Source: Eledone cirrhosa (Eukaryota). From it: a DNA stretch of 64,000 nt. Below the pieces are notes generated by a model. That model saw nothing but the letters and a program-made list of their open reading frames with translations. It had not been told where the DNA came from and ran no database searches. Shown here piece after piece: positions 37,430-49,811 of the stretch; position 1 is the stretch's first letter, and each line of letters starts with the position of its first letter. The stretch covers positions 25,854,001 to 25,918,000 of the forward strand of contig OZ024764.1 of assembly GCA_964016885.1 (NCBI GenBank), given 5' to 3'. A program made the position numbers and the translations under genes.

Positions 37430-38275
37430 CACATCATCATCATCACCTTTTACGTCCGTTCTTCCATGCTAGCATGGGTTAGGTCGTGGGCAATGGTTAG
37501 CATGGGTTAGCATGTGGGCAATGTTAGGTCGGGTGACCTTGTCTTGCTCATACGGGAACTTATTCTGGCTTGATTTCTACAGCTGGATGCCCTTCCTAAC
37601 ACCAACCTCATTTACAGTGAGCGCTGGATGCTTTTTTTCAATGGTGCCTACACGTCCACTTTACAGAGTGGACTGGGTGCTTTTTTGCCGTGGCACCTCC
37701 ACGACGATTTTGCAGTGTGAGGGTGTGGGGGCATATTGTCTATATGCTTCAGCTTCAGCTTGTACCCGTGTGGGGGGGGGGGTCTTCTGTATTACTGCAT
37801 GACGCCAGAGTTCATGGTCCTGTGTCATCGCCTTTGAGAGGTGTAATTGGGTAAGGTCGGCTTTTATCACCTCATCCCAGCTCTTCTTGGGTCTACCCAC
37901 TCCACGGCTTCCATCGACTTCTAGTGCTTTGCACCTTTTTATGCAGCTGTCATCCTTCATACGCATCACATGTCCATACCAACACAACCTCCTCTCCTGC
38001 ACACAGCATTTGATTCCTCTTATGCTCAGTTTCTCTCTCAATTCATTTATGCTTTGCCATTCGTGTATTACACATCCATCGGAGCATGCAGGCTTCGTTT
38101 CTTTCTAATTTACACAAGTCTTCCACCTTCAGCGCCCAGGTCTCACTACCATGCAACATTGCTGTTCGTATACACGCATCATACAGTCTGCCTTTCATTT
38201 TGAGGGAGAAGCCTTTTGCAGCTAGCAGTGGCAGTAGTTCCCTAAACTTCTTCCATCCCGTTCTTACCCTGGTTA
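37430..38275 (-). mobile_element. RTE-clade LINE 3' portion with long 3' UTR/SINE-like tail
   Basis: RVRTGWKKFRELLPLL..MLHGSETW..RRLCWYGHVMRM..GRPKKSW. Confidence 0.85.
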
Positions 38276-38416
38276 CACACACACAAATATATATACATAC
38301 ACACACACATAAACATATATATATACACACACAAATATAAATACACACATAAATATATATCTAGACACACACATATAAATATACACATAAATATATATAT
38401 ACACACATATATATAT

Positions 38417-39165
38417 ACTAGCTGCTGAGCCCGGTTGCACCCAGGGCCACTTTTTATTATGTTTATTATAAAGAAGCAGTTTCAGGGGAAAAAATAGAAA
38501 TATGCACTTGGGGCTGGCGGCGTACAATGAGAAGTGGAGCGACGTGAAAAGCGTCGTTTATTAACAGCGAAATAGCAATGTCGATGATATGCAATTTGAA
38601 AAATACTATTTACTGTTAGTGGTGGTTAACATGTATTAGAATTAAAATAAAAACACGCGTCCGTTCTTTGCAATTTTAGGGTTTTATTTCTTTTGATGGA
38701 AAACAGTGACCGTACTGTAGAATCGATTTCATAAAACGGTACTGTATGATCGTTAAATGTAGAAGGATGATAGTTTATTAACAGCGAAATAGCAATGTCG
38801 AAAAATGCATATTATGAAGGTTTGTATGATAGTTTACACTTTTTCCTGAAACTGCTTCTTTATAATAAACTTTCAATAATATTTTCAAATTATTGGTACT
38901 GTATGTTAACAGCGAAAGAACGTTGATGAAATTGTAAATAAGACAAAAGTATTAGAACAGGGGGAAACAACTCACCGAACGCGACAGTTTTGGGGCCCCA
39001 GGGACCACATTTTTCAAGTTAGAGATTTGAAACCTCGTCTATTTGCTTCCTTGGCACTTTTTACATAGGTGTGTAAATTTTCATGTCAGTCCGACCATGT
39101 CTACTACCATTTAACCGTGCACATTTGAATTTCAACCACCGCCGATTTTACAAATATATATTAGA
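38417..39165 (+). mobile_element. Non-autonomous Helitron/Helentron-like element
   Basis: ACTAGC..CCCGGTTGCACCCAGGG start and ATATATATTAGAT end. Confidence 0.5.
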
Positions 39166-39873
39166 TATACACACATATAAATATATACATATACACGCAT
39201 AAATATATACACACACATATAAATATATATTAGATATACACACATATAAATATATACATATACACACATAAATATATACACAGACATATACATATATATA
39301 TCATCATCATTGATTAACGTCCATCTTCTACGCTAGCATGGGTTAGACGGGTTTGTCCCACTTGAGGCAAGTTGGGTCGAGTGACCGTGTCTCACTCATA
39401 TAGGAGAGTTTCTGGCTGGTTTTCTACAGCAGGATGCCCTTCCTAACGCCAACCATATTGACAGTGTGGACTGTGGGCTTTTTGCCATGTCTTTTACACG
39501 TCCACTTTTCAGAGTGGGCTGGGTGATTTGTGGTACCAGTATAATATATATATATACATATATATACATGCACATATCATGATAATGATATACACATATA
39601 TATATATATATGTGTGTGCATATACATATACATATATGTAATATATATACACATATCATACATATACATACACACTTCATATATATATATATATATACAC
39701 ATAACTATATCATCAACTTTGTCGATTAGCGTCCATCATTCATGGGTAGGACGGATTGGCCCTTGTTCAGCTCAGTCGGGGAAAATTTTAGCCTGGTTTC
39801 TACAGCTGGGTGCCCTTCCAACTCCCAACCACATTTACAGTGGGTGCTGGGGGATTTTTGACATGGTACTTAC

Positions 39874-39939
39874 TTTGAGGTCAACCACGGCTGGTATTTG
39901 CGGCATTCCATGGTGAAGGTCAATACCTTGGTAACATTC
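39874..39939 (-). CDS. DDO: D-aspartate oxidase, coding exon 4 (NVTKVLTFTMECRKYQPWLTSK)
   Basis: T..EC..Y.PWL family motif; cccacag/GTAAGT splice sites; 66 nt, phase 2/2. Confidence 0.92.
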
Positions 39940-40101
39940 CTGTGGGTGGTAAAACAGATGTCCTATTAGAGGGGGGACAAAAGAGAGGAGAGAGACAGAG
40001 AGAGACAGACAGACAGAGGGTGTATTGGTCAGAGAGAAAATGATTCAGAAAAGAGACAGGAAAAGAATAGAAAAAAGGGGTTCTGCCCCTCCATATCTTA
40101 C

Positions 40102-40181
40102 TTGTAGTCAAATCCCATCTTTGCTTTTTGCTCCCTGTCCAGACTGGTTTGTTCGAAAGACACACAGTCAATCATACCCAT
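40102..40181 (-). CDS. DDO: D-aspartate oxidase, coding exon 3 (MGMIDCVSFEQTSLDREQKAKMGFDYK)
   Basis: GTAAGA donor. This is the only phase-0 acceptor that restores the frame and expected length, but it is an atypical AAG. Confidence 0.75.
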
Positions 40182-40649
40182 CTTGGTGATGATGATGGTG
40201 GTGGTGGTGGTGGTGGTGGCAGTGGCGGTGGTGGTGGTGGCAGTGGTGGCGGTGATGATGATGGTGGTGGTGGTGGTGGTGGTGGTGGTGTGTGGTGGTG
40301 GTGGTGGTGGTGGTGGTAGTGGTGGGTTTCAGCAGAGACAGGAGTCAACGAACAATCCATTTTGAGACAAACAGCAAAAACCCGGAAACAATAACCAAAA
40401 AGATGACATTATTATTATTATTATTTAACTGGAAAGTTTGTTCAAATGAACATTATTATTATTATTATAGAGTTATGACCCTTTACGTTCTGAGTTCAAA
40501 TCACGCTGAGGTTAACTTTGCCTTTCTCCCTTATGGCGTCGATAAAATATAGTACCAGTCACGCACCGGGGTTGATTTAATCGACTTTCGCCTTTCCCCA
40601 AAATTGCTGGCCTTGTGCCTATACTAGAAATCATTATTATTATTATTAT

Positions 40650-42185
40650 TATTTCCATTATTATTTTTATTGCCCATCATTACTGTTCTACTGAGCACAG
40701 CTCTGTGCACCTTGGGTATGTGCAGGGTAGTTTTTGTTGATGATGTTTCTATTGTATTGATAGTAGTTTTCATAATATATATACAGTACCTAGTAGTGCT
40801 ATCTTCTGTATGTTGTATATATATGTAAGTCCTGTGGTACTCTATATAATATATATACAGTGCCTAGTAGTGCTATCTTTTGTATGTTGTATATATTTGT
40901 AAGTCCTGTGGTACTCTATATAATATATATACAGTACCTAGTAGTGCTATCTTTTGTATGTTGTATATATTTGTAAGTCCTGTGGTACTCTATATAATAT
41001 ATATACAGTACCTAGTAGTGCTATCTTCTGTATGTTGTATATATTTGTAAGTCCTGTGGTACTCTATATAATATATATACAGTACCTAGTAGTGCTATCT
41101 TCTGTATGCTGTATATATTTGTAAGTCCTGTGGTACTCTATATAATATATATACAGTACTTAGTAGTGCTATCTTTTGTATGTTGTATATATTTGTAAGT
41201 CCTGTGGTACTCTATATAATATATATACAGTACCTCGTAGTGCTATCTTTTGTATGTTGTATATATTTGTAAGTCCTGTGGTACTCTATATAATATATAT
41301 ACAGTACCTAGTAGTGCTATCTTCTGTATGATGTATATATTTGTAAGTCCTGTGGTACTCTATATAATATATATACAGTACTTAGTAGTGCTATCTTTTG
41401 TATGTTGTATATATTTGTAAGTCCTGTGGTACTCTATATAATATATATACAGTACCTCGTAGTGCTATCTTTTGTATGTTGTATATATTTGTAAGTCCTG
41501 TGGTACTCTATATAATATATATACAGTACCTAGTAGTGCTATCTTCTGTATGATGTATATATTTGTAAGTCCTGTGGTACTCTATATAATATATATACAG
41601 TACTTAGTAGTGCTATCTTCTGTATGTTGTATATATTTGTAAGTCCTGTGGTACTCTATATAATATATATACAGTACCTAGTAGTGCTATCTTCTGTATA
41701 TTGTATATATTTGTAAGTCCTGTGGTACTCTATATAATATATATACAGTACCTCGTAGTGCTATCTTTTGTATGTTGTATATATTTGTAAGTCCTGTGGT
41801 ACTCTATATAATATATATACAGTACTTAGTAGTGCTATCTTTTGTATGTTGTATATATTTGTAAGTCCTGTGGTACTCTATATAATATATATACAGTACT
41901 TAGTAGTGCTATCTTTTGTATGTTGTATATATTTGTAAGTCCTGTGGTACTCTATATAATATATATACAGTACCTAGTAGTGCTATCTTCTGTATGTTGT
42001 ATATATTTGTAAGTCCTGTGGTACTCTATATAATATATATACAGTACCTAGTAGTGCTATCTTCTGTATGCTGTATATATTTGTAAATCCTGGGGTATTG
42101 GTTATGTATTTGTCTGTGTTTTTATCATTCCCAGAGTACCTATTATTATAGGTATTGTTTCAGTTTTCATTTTCCTCATATGAGT
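40650..42185 (-). mobile_element. 3' end of an RLE-type LINE containing a 74-bp minisatellite (40772-42092, about 18 copies)
   Basis: ETIPIIIGTLGMIK..PGFTNIYSIQKIALLGT leads into the array. Unit taatatatatacagtacctagtagtgctatcttttgtatgttgtatatatttgtaagtcctgtggtactctata. Confidence 0.8.
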
Positions 42186-42409
42186 TTTTCTATTTATTAT
42201 TATCATTATTATTACAATTGTCCCCCAGTATTTGCAGGGCTTACATTCCTAGAGCACCTGCGAAGAGTGAAAAACTGTGAATATTAGACGTGGTCCATAA
42301 AAATGCCTATAAACATCAAAATATAACGTAAAATATAATTTTAAAAAAAGAGGGAGAGTCTTATGTGAAGGGGTGTTCAATATGGTATATTGTTATTAAT
42401 AATTTAGTG

Positions 42410-42815
42410 TTAAAAAATAATACTTATGTTGCTGAAATTTATAATTCCATCAGATAGGTTTGTATTCCATAGAGACATGTTGTATTTCAGGAAGTTTGAT
42501 ATTAGTGGGGAAATCCTCGGACCATCCAAAGGTTTCAAAATCCATGTGTGGGGAACACTGTCAAATACTTTCTTATAGTCTATCCAAGCAGTACTCAGAC
42601 TTCTATATTCTTCATGACAGTTCTCCAGAATCATACAGTAAATGAGAAGTTGGTCCTTGCACCTGTAAAACCCATGGTGACAACCTTTCTGCTCAATAGG
42701 AAATAGATGACATTCATCCATATATTTGTAGGTTGTCTCAGTCAAGATTGATGTGAGAACTCTGTATGATGTGGGGAGGCAAGTGATAAGACGGTAATTA
42801 TTTGAAACTGGGATA
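42410..42815 (-). mobile_element. Degraded non-LTR RT fragment (R4/Dong-like)
   Basis: NYRLITCLPT..EQKGC..CKDQLLI..AWIDYKKVFDSVPH. Confidence 0.8.
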
Positions 42816-42892
42816 AGCACTGGCCTGACGAGTCTCCGGGCTTGGGAAAGACTTTAGAACCATACAGTGACCAAAAATACATTCTAAAAATA

Positions 42893-43243
42893 TTTAAAGA
42901 TAAAGAATTTGTAGTTTAGTTGAAGCATTGTATAAAGACTTTCAAGTTTGAAAGCCACAGCAATGCAGGTTTGGACGAAAAATAATTAAATTGTAAGAAA
43001 GAGGTGTTGTTTTTTTACCTTAATTTACTCATATGTCCTGATATGCTGGCCAGCATGGTATAGCCACATCAGACACCGGAATAATTCCTTTATTTTCCTC
43101 GGAAGAAGAGATATTAATCTCAAAATATCAAGACATATGAATAAATTTAGGTAAAAAAAACAAACCCTGTTTCTTACGATTTAATTATTTTCCATCGAAA
43201 CCCGCATTGTTGTAGCTTTCAAACTTCAAATTCTTTATTTAAA
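42893..43243. repeat. Imperfect inverted repeat / MITE-like fold-back
   Basis: About 42940-43045 is roughly the reverse complement of about 43125-43230; TTTAAA at both ends. Confidence 0.7.
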
Positions 43244-43289
43244 GATAAAACAAAGTCACAAGCGTAATTCTGCCGGAATTTAAACTCAC

Positions 43290-43401
43290 CTCATCTTTGT
43301 TACTGCACAGGAAACCAGAGATAAGTACCACACCGCAGTCACGGGCCTCAGCTGAGTTGAATAAGTTGTTATAATGTTCAAATGTATCTTGAGACCATTC
43401 T
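43290..43401 (-). CDS. DDO: D-aspartate oxidase, coding exon 2 ([37 protein letters not shown])
   Basis: W...TF..., A...GV.L.SG family pattern; tttttag/GTGAGT splice sites; 112 nt. Confidence 0.93.
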
Positions 43402-43417
43402 CTAAAAATATATACAT

Positions 43418-43460
<43 letters not shown>

Positions 43461-43476
43461 GCAGGAGTTGTATTTA

Positions 43477-43536
<60 letters not shown>

Positions 43537-44067
43537 ATACATACATACCTACATATATATATTTATATATAAATTTATATATATATACATATATATATGC
43601 ATATATACATACATACATATATATACACATGTACATATGTATATATATATATATATATACATACATATGTATATATATATATACACATACATATGTATAT
43701 ATATAAACACATACACATATATATAAATATATAAATATATATATATACGTATATATATACATATATAAATGAAAGGTATAGAAAGTATTGTAGCAAGAAG
43801 CCAACAGTATATACATACATACATATATATACATATATATATATGTATATATATATATACACATACATATGTATATATATACACATATGTATATACATGT
43901 ATACATATATATACATATATATATAAAGAGAGAGAGAGATTTATATAGATATATATAGTGAGAGAGGTAAAGAGATAGAAAGATTGACAGACAGACGGAC
44001 ACAAATAGATAGATAGATAGGTAGGTAGGTATTACAGGGAGACAACTGCGAACATGTTTCTACCTAC

Positions 44068-44261
44068 TTGATGTTCTCATAGGTATTTGAAGACAGCGTC
44101 TGGTAGTTGGGTCTGAAGAGCCCGCCGGCGCCATCGCTGGTGGTTTCCAAAGCAAACTTGTCTGCTATGACAGTCACAGAACAGTGAGGAAAGTTCTGGA
44201 TGACCTGCAATGCTGTGGACAGTCCCACTACACCTGCTCCAATTACAGCTATCTTGACCAT
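44068..44261 (-). CDS. DDO: D-aspartate oxidase, coding exon 1 (MVKIAVIGAGVVGLSTALQV...TTSDGAGGLFRP...ENIK)
   Basis: GxGxxG FAD-binding motif and TTSDGAGG; donor AA|GTAGGT. The ATG is directly preceded by an acceptor (cttcctctccag), implying an upstream non-coding exon. Confidence 0.95.
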
Positions 44262-44360
44262 CTGGAGAGGAAGATTATAGTGTAGTATGGTGTGATAAAT
44301 ATTTTTGTGTTGTGGCTGCACGTCTGTCTACTTCAGTTGTTACGTCAGTCACATGAAATA

Positions 44361-44530
44361 TCGTATTTCCAGGCCTCGAAGAAGCTACTTTTATCCTAAA
44401 ATGAGCCTCAATTATCTACCATGCGTCCTGGAGACTGAAGGTTGTTTATTATTTTATTTTTTTATTTTTTGGTTGTCAAAATTAGGGCTCGTCCTCGAGG
44501 ACGAAGCGTCCTTGATGGCAGGAAATACAG
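44361..44530. mobile_element. Small pogo/Tc2-like MITE
   Basis: Imperfect TIRs TCGTATTTCC..GGAAATACAG flanked by TA. Confidence 0.55.
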
Positions 44531-44584
44531 TACATATATATTTATATATATATATCTTGTGGGCTGTGTCTGTGTGTATGTATG

Positions 44585-47500
44585 TGTTGTGTGTTCTAAT
44601 ATTGCAAAACTAAAGCTCCAATTCCAAGCTTTTATTCAATATCTAGAATATAAAAACAGTAATTAGTCTTGAAGAAATATAACAATAATATTTGTAAGAA
44701 AAGAAAGATATGCAATAAAACAAAGTTATATTGAGGATAGATGAACTTCATAACATTCTTCGCCGATTTTATTGTTCTTCAATATAGCGCTTGGGGGCTA
44801 GGCGTATACGATTGCTTCGTCTCACGGGGTCAACAGGAACTTGCAGTAGGATGCTAGTGCTATTTGCCATGGGATTTAAATCAATCACGGTTTCATCTAA
44901 GAGTAGATCGTTACTGTGGTCGATGTTAAGTGGTCTCGGCATATCAGCAGGACTGCTAATCGAACTGTTTTCTTGGATGGATTGATTGTCATTATTTTGA
45001 CAATTAATTGGGCCAGGGGAGAGGTCTGCTGTTGAGACTGTACTAGACCTTCCATTTTGATATCTGACAACCGCGAAATTAGCATTCACCATCTGTTCGA
45101 TAATAACTTTATTCACTAATGGGTCGTTCTTTGTACGAATAAAGTTTCTAATATAGGCGTCATTTCCAACTCTAAGCCAATCTGGTAGGGAAAATCCTAA
45201 GGAACCCTTTCGATCGAATCTAAATATGCGGTTATGGGGTGTCTCATTAGTCGCTGTACAGAGAAGTGATCGTTGCGAGGCAAGAACTTCTGGTATGATA
45301 TCTTCCCACTTAGTTTCTTTAAGTTTGCGCAAGTTAATTATGCATTGAATTCCTTTCCAGAGGACTCCGTTGTAGTGCTCGTTTTGGCCATTTCGTTTTG
45401 GCCATTTCCTTGTGGATGGTACGGCGAAGTGCGCGTGTGGGATAAACCATTGGACAAGCAGAAATGATCGAATTCTTTGGAGAGAAACTGAGTTCCTCGA
45501 TCGGAGTGTATGAATGAGGGAGCTCCGAATATTGAGAAGATTTGTTTGAGACAGTTAATGACAGTGTTTGAGGTGATGTCACGCATACCGAAAGCAAAAG
45601 GGAATCTGCTGAATTCGTCTACTGCAGTCAATAAGTATATGTTTCCTGCTTTTGAAGATTTTGGTTTTGATCCAACGATATCGATTGACAGGCGTTCGAA
45701 CGGCCTTGTTGACTTAATGAGTTTAGCAGATGGAGGCTTGAAGAATTTTGGCTTGCACTCCAAACCTGATACGCATTCTTTGACAACGTCGCAGATTTCA
45801 TCTACGGAAAAGGGCAAGTTATGGCGTCGGATATAATCGTAAAATCTAGTTACTCCTGGGTGTGCTAGTTGGTCGTGGAGTACTTTTAAATCACAGGGTG
45901 GCGATATAGTTGCAGCGATTCTTGAAAGACAATCGGCTTGGGTGTTGAGGTAGCCGGGTTTGTAGTCAATGTCAAATTGATGCTCTGATAGTTCTAAACG
46001 CCAGCGAGATATTTTATCATTTTTGATTCGTGATTTATTACTCGAGAAAATGAAGGCTACTGATTTTTGGTCAGTCCGTATAATCGTATGGAAACACTTC
46101 ACGTATTGCGACCATCTCCGTACAGCTTCAATAATAGCCATAGCTTCTCGCTCCACAGTTGATTGTCTTTTCTCGGACGGTGAGAAAGTATAGCTCCGAT
46201 TGCATCGCCAGACGCATCTGTTTCTATTACCAATGCGTGGCCAGTTTTAAGAGGAATGCTAAGAGCGGCATTAGAGATATCTGCTTTCATGGCTTGTATT
46301 ACATCTGTAGCTACTTTATTCAGCGGGAACGAGTCAGCTTGTAATAGTGGTTGGATTTTCTTCGAGTAATCGGCAATCCACCTAGCATTATAGGCTAGGA
46401 ATCCAAGGAATCGTTTCAGTTGTTGTTTGTTTGTTGGGATTGGGTAGTCTAGTAGGGTTTTGATGCGTTCCTTATCGGGTTTCTTTACTCCGTTCTGAAT
46501 ATTATAACCTAGTATAGATATACTCGTTTGGCAGATTTTACTCTTAATCGTTAGGTTTTCTGTCTTCACGGCGTTTAAGAATGCTTCCACATTTCTATCA
46601 TGTTCAGCTTTGGTATTTCCCGTGACTATGACGTTGTCAATATAGGCATAGGTTTTGAGTAAGTTATATTTCTCTATAACTTGATCCATAATTCTCTGAA
46701 AAACAGGTACAGCGTTAGTCACGCCGAAGGGTAAGCGGCAGAATTGGTAGAGTTTGTGATTAGCCTGAAATGCCGTTAGAGGTTTGTCGATTTTTCTTAA
46801 AGGTACTTGGTGATATGCTGATTTGAGGTCGAATTCTGAAAAATATTTATCCTGTGCCCCTTTGTTAACAACATCCTCAATGTTGGGGGATGGATAGGCA
46901 TCCAATTGTGTATACTTATTAATTGTCTGGGAGTAGTCTACCACGAGTCGAGGTTTCTTTCCGTGTACTATGAAGCACTGAGCTCGCCAAGGTGAAATTG
47001 ATTCCTCAATGATACCGGCTTCTAGGAGGCGAGTTATTTCGGACTTAATAAAATTGTCGTCTCTCTTGTTAATGAAACGTCCCTTAGTGGCAATCGGCTT
47101 GATATTTGTCTCGGCTAAATCGTGGAAGACAAGAGGCGGATTAACTTCTATTGTCGGAAAGGTACAGCATAGTTGATTTGAAAATTTCATGGGAGGCCGG
47201 GCACCGCCAAGGTGGAGAATAATAGAGCTATGCTGGGTGAGGACATCCATTCCGATAATGACGTCTGCGACAAGACTTTTTGCAGTGATTAGGTTCACAG
47301 AGTATTCCTCGCTGTAGATACATATTGGTATGGATGTAGTACCAGTCGTCATTAATATTTTATTGTCGGCTAGTGTGATTGCCCGTTTTTCTTGTTTTAC
47401 GCTCAAGTTTAATTCACTTGCTATGCTATGACGTATAAACGAATCTGTGGAACCAGGATCGATTAAGGCCTTTAGTGTGGTGTCTTTTATAGTTATCGGG

Positions 47501-49811
47501 CAGAGAATAGCTTTAGACTGTTTGCCGGTATTTAATGAACATATAAGTGAGGCTGCTTGCTTACTGCTTTGGCAGTCAGATTTACAGACTGATTGCCAGT
47601 GGTCGATCTTCCCACAAGAATAGCATATGTCTTTTCTAGCTGGGCATTTATTTCTAGGATGCCTAGAAAGTCCACAAAAAAAGCATTTAAATTCACTTTG
47701 GGAATTAGCATTTTTCACGTATTTTAGAAGAGGTTGTTTTGATTTTGTAGCTGCTATGGTAGGTTCTTGAGAGGATGTAGTTGACAGTGTTGATGAATTC
47801 AGAGAGACGTCTAGGTTAAATGATTTAGTAAAATCACTGGATAGTTCTATTGCATTTGCCATTGCTATGCAGTCTTTTAGGTTTGCTTGAGTATCGTCCA
47901 GCTCTAGGAGACGTGCTCGTATAGCGTCTGATTGGACTCCTGCTACGAGTGAATCCAGGATCAACATATCTCTGTGGTCTTTAGCTGTGATGGCTTTACA
48001 GTTACATTTTTCCACTAAAAGGTTGAGTCTTTTAATAAACTCTCGGACGGTTTCTTCTTGCTTTTGGCGGCATGTTAGGAGTTGATGTCTGGCATAGAGT
48101 ATACGACTGGGGGCTAAGAATTGAGTATCCAGGGTGATTAGTGCTTCGTTGAAGTTTTCTGCAGATTCGAGTAAACTAAATAGGTCGGCCCCAGCTTGTG
48201 AACGAAGGTAGGTCAATTTATGGTTGTCCTCTACTATGCCATTTATGAGTAGGGAATCCACAAAACACTTCCGCCACCATCGCCATTGCTCGGATGTGGG
48301 GTCATTTGGGAATGTTGGATGTGGAATTTTTAATTGAGCCATTGGTATTGAGAATGTAGCAAGCTTTGAAGGTAGAGTAAGGGTGGAAACGAATACCACA
48401 AAACGTCTAGTCTCGGAACGAAACAGTTGTAACAAATATCATATTGAATAAAATTGTTGTGCGTTCTAATATTGCAAAACTAAAGCTCCAATTCCAAGCT
48501 TTTATTCAATATCTAGAATATAAAAACAGTAATTAGTCTTGAAGAAATATAACAATAATATTTGTAAGAAAAGAAAGATATGCACTAAAACAAAGTTATA
48601 TTGAGGATAGATGAACTTCATATAATAATGAAATTATTGTGTAAAGTGCTCAGGTGCACCACAACTCGTCAATATAGTACATAGAATAATACACAAATGT
48701 CAGGGAAGTACATGTGTGTATGTGTTAGCTGTAGTGTTGGCGGATCTCGGGAAGCATGGAGGCTTTAAAGGATGCAGTGTCTCGACAGCTAACAACTGAT
48801 GCAGGTAGTTTGTTCCATGCTTCAGCAACTTTGAGCGTGAAAAAATGTTTCCGAAAGTCATGGGAACTGTGCTGTTTTCTTACTTTGTGGGCATGTCCAC
48901 GTGTGTTATACACATGGAAATCAAAAAGGTACTCAGGGTTGTTGTTGGCAACATGGTTAACAATTTTGTGGGTGTTTACCAAGTCAGTTGCCAGGCGTCG
49001 GAGCTTCAATGAATCCATGCCCAGGGAAGCAAGGCGCTCAGAGTATGGTAGATGCCTGATGGAGGGTATTCGCTTGGTTGCACGTCTCTGAACAGTTTCC
49101 AGACGGTCAATGTCCTGAGCAAGATAGGGGTTCCAGACTGGTGATGCAAATTCTAAGTGTGGTCGCACCATAGCTGTATACAGCTTTAAATAGATATCTG
49201 GAGAGCGGCTGACAAAGGTCTTGCTGAGTGATGCTAAGACACCCTCGGCCTTCTTGACAATTTTAGAGACGTGCCTCGTCCAACGCAAATCGCTGCTGAC
49301 CGTAATGCCCAGGTCACGTTCACAGGAAGACTTCTTGATATTAGTGCTGTGGAGGGAGTATGTGGACGCTGGGTTTTTACTCCCAAAATGCATGGTGGTG
49401 CACTTGTCCACAGCTAGCTTGAGTTGCCAGTCTGAGATCCATTGTTGCATTGTGTCCAGGTCAGACTGCAAGCAAGATCTATAGTGTTCAGGATCTGTCC
49501 TTTTTATCTCAAGGTACAGCTTGATGTCATCTGCGTACTTTAGTACTGTGGCATTCCTTAAGTTGGCATCTATGTCATTAATATATGCCACAAACAAAAG
49601 GGGGCCAAGAACAGATCCCTGTGGTACACCAGATGACATCTCATATGGTGAGGAATGCTGTCCCAGAACCGTGACTACCTCTCTTCGACTGAGAATGAAG
49701 GACTTCAACCAGTTAAAAAGATCATCCTTCACACCCATTGCAGAGAGTTTTGCCATAAGCCTTTTGTGTGGCACAGAATTGAAGGCCTTCGCAAAGTCAA
49801 GGTAAACAACA
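44585..49811 (-). mobile_element. Ty3/Gypsy LTR retrotransposon (Mag-like gag with two zinc knuckles), 171-bp LTRs, 5-bp TSD GTATG, frameshifted pol
   Basis: LTRs are 44585-44755 and 48455-48622(+49809-49811), with 2 mismatches. ORFs 46099-48435 (CFFCG..H..CPA..CYSCGK.DH..C, LIDPGS protease, YIDN RT, TDAS RNase H), 45338-46156 and 44769-45332 (integrase). GTATG at 44580-44584 and 49812-49816. Confidence 0.95.
48623..49808 (-). mobile_element. 5'-truncated CR1-like LINE inserted in the tip of the Gypsy 5' LTR
   Basis: YLDFAKAF..PH, GVPQGSVLGP, YADD, RPHLEF..VWNP, TRGH; (ATT)n tail. The same 3' tail recurs at 27420-27530 and 54670-54730. Confidence 0.9.

Noticed and set aside
43019-43120. Exon-like segment with an AAG|GTAAAA donor in DDO intron 2
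   Set aside because: No DAO/DDO-like translation, stops in candidate frames, and it lies within an inverted repeat.
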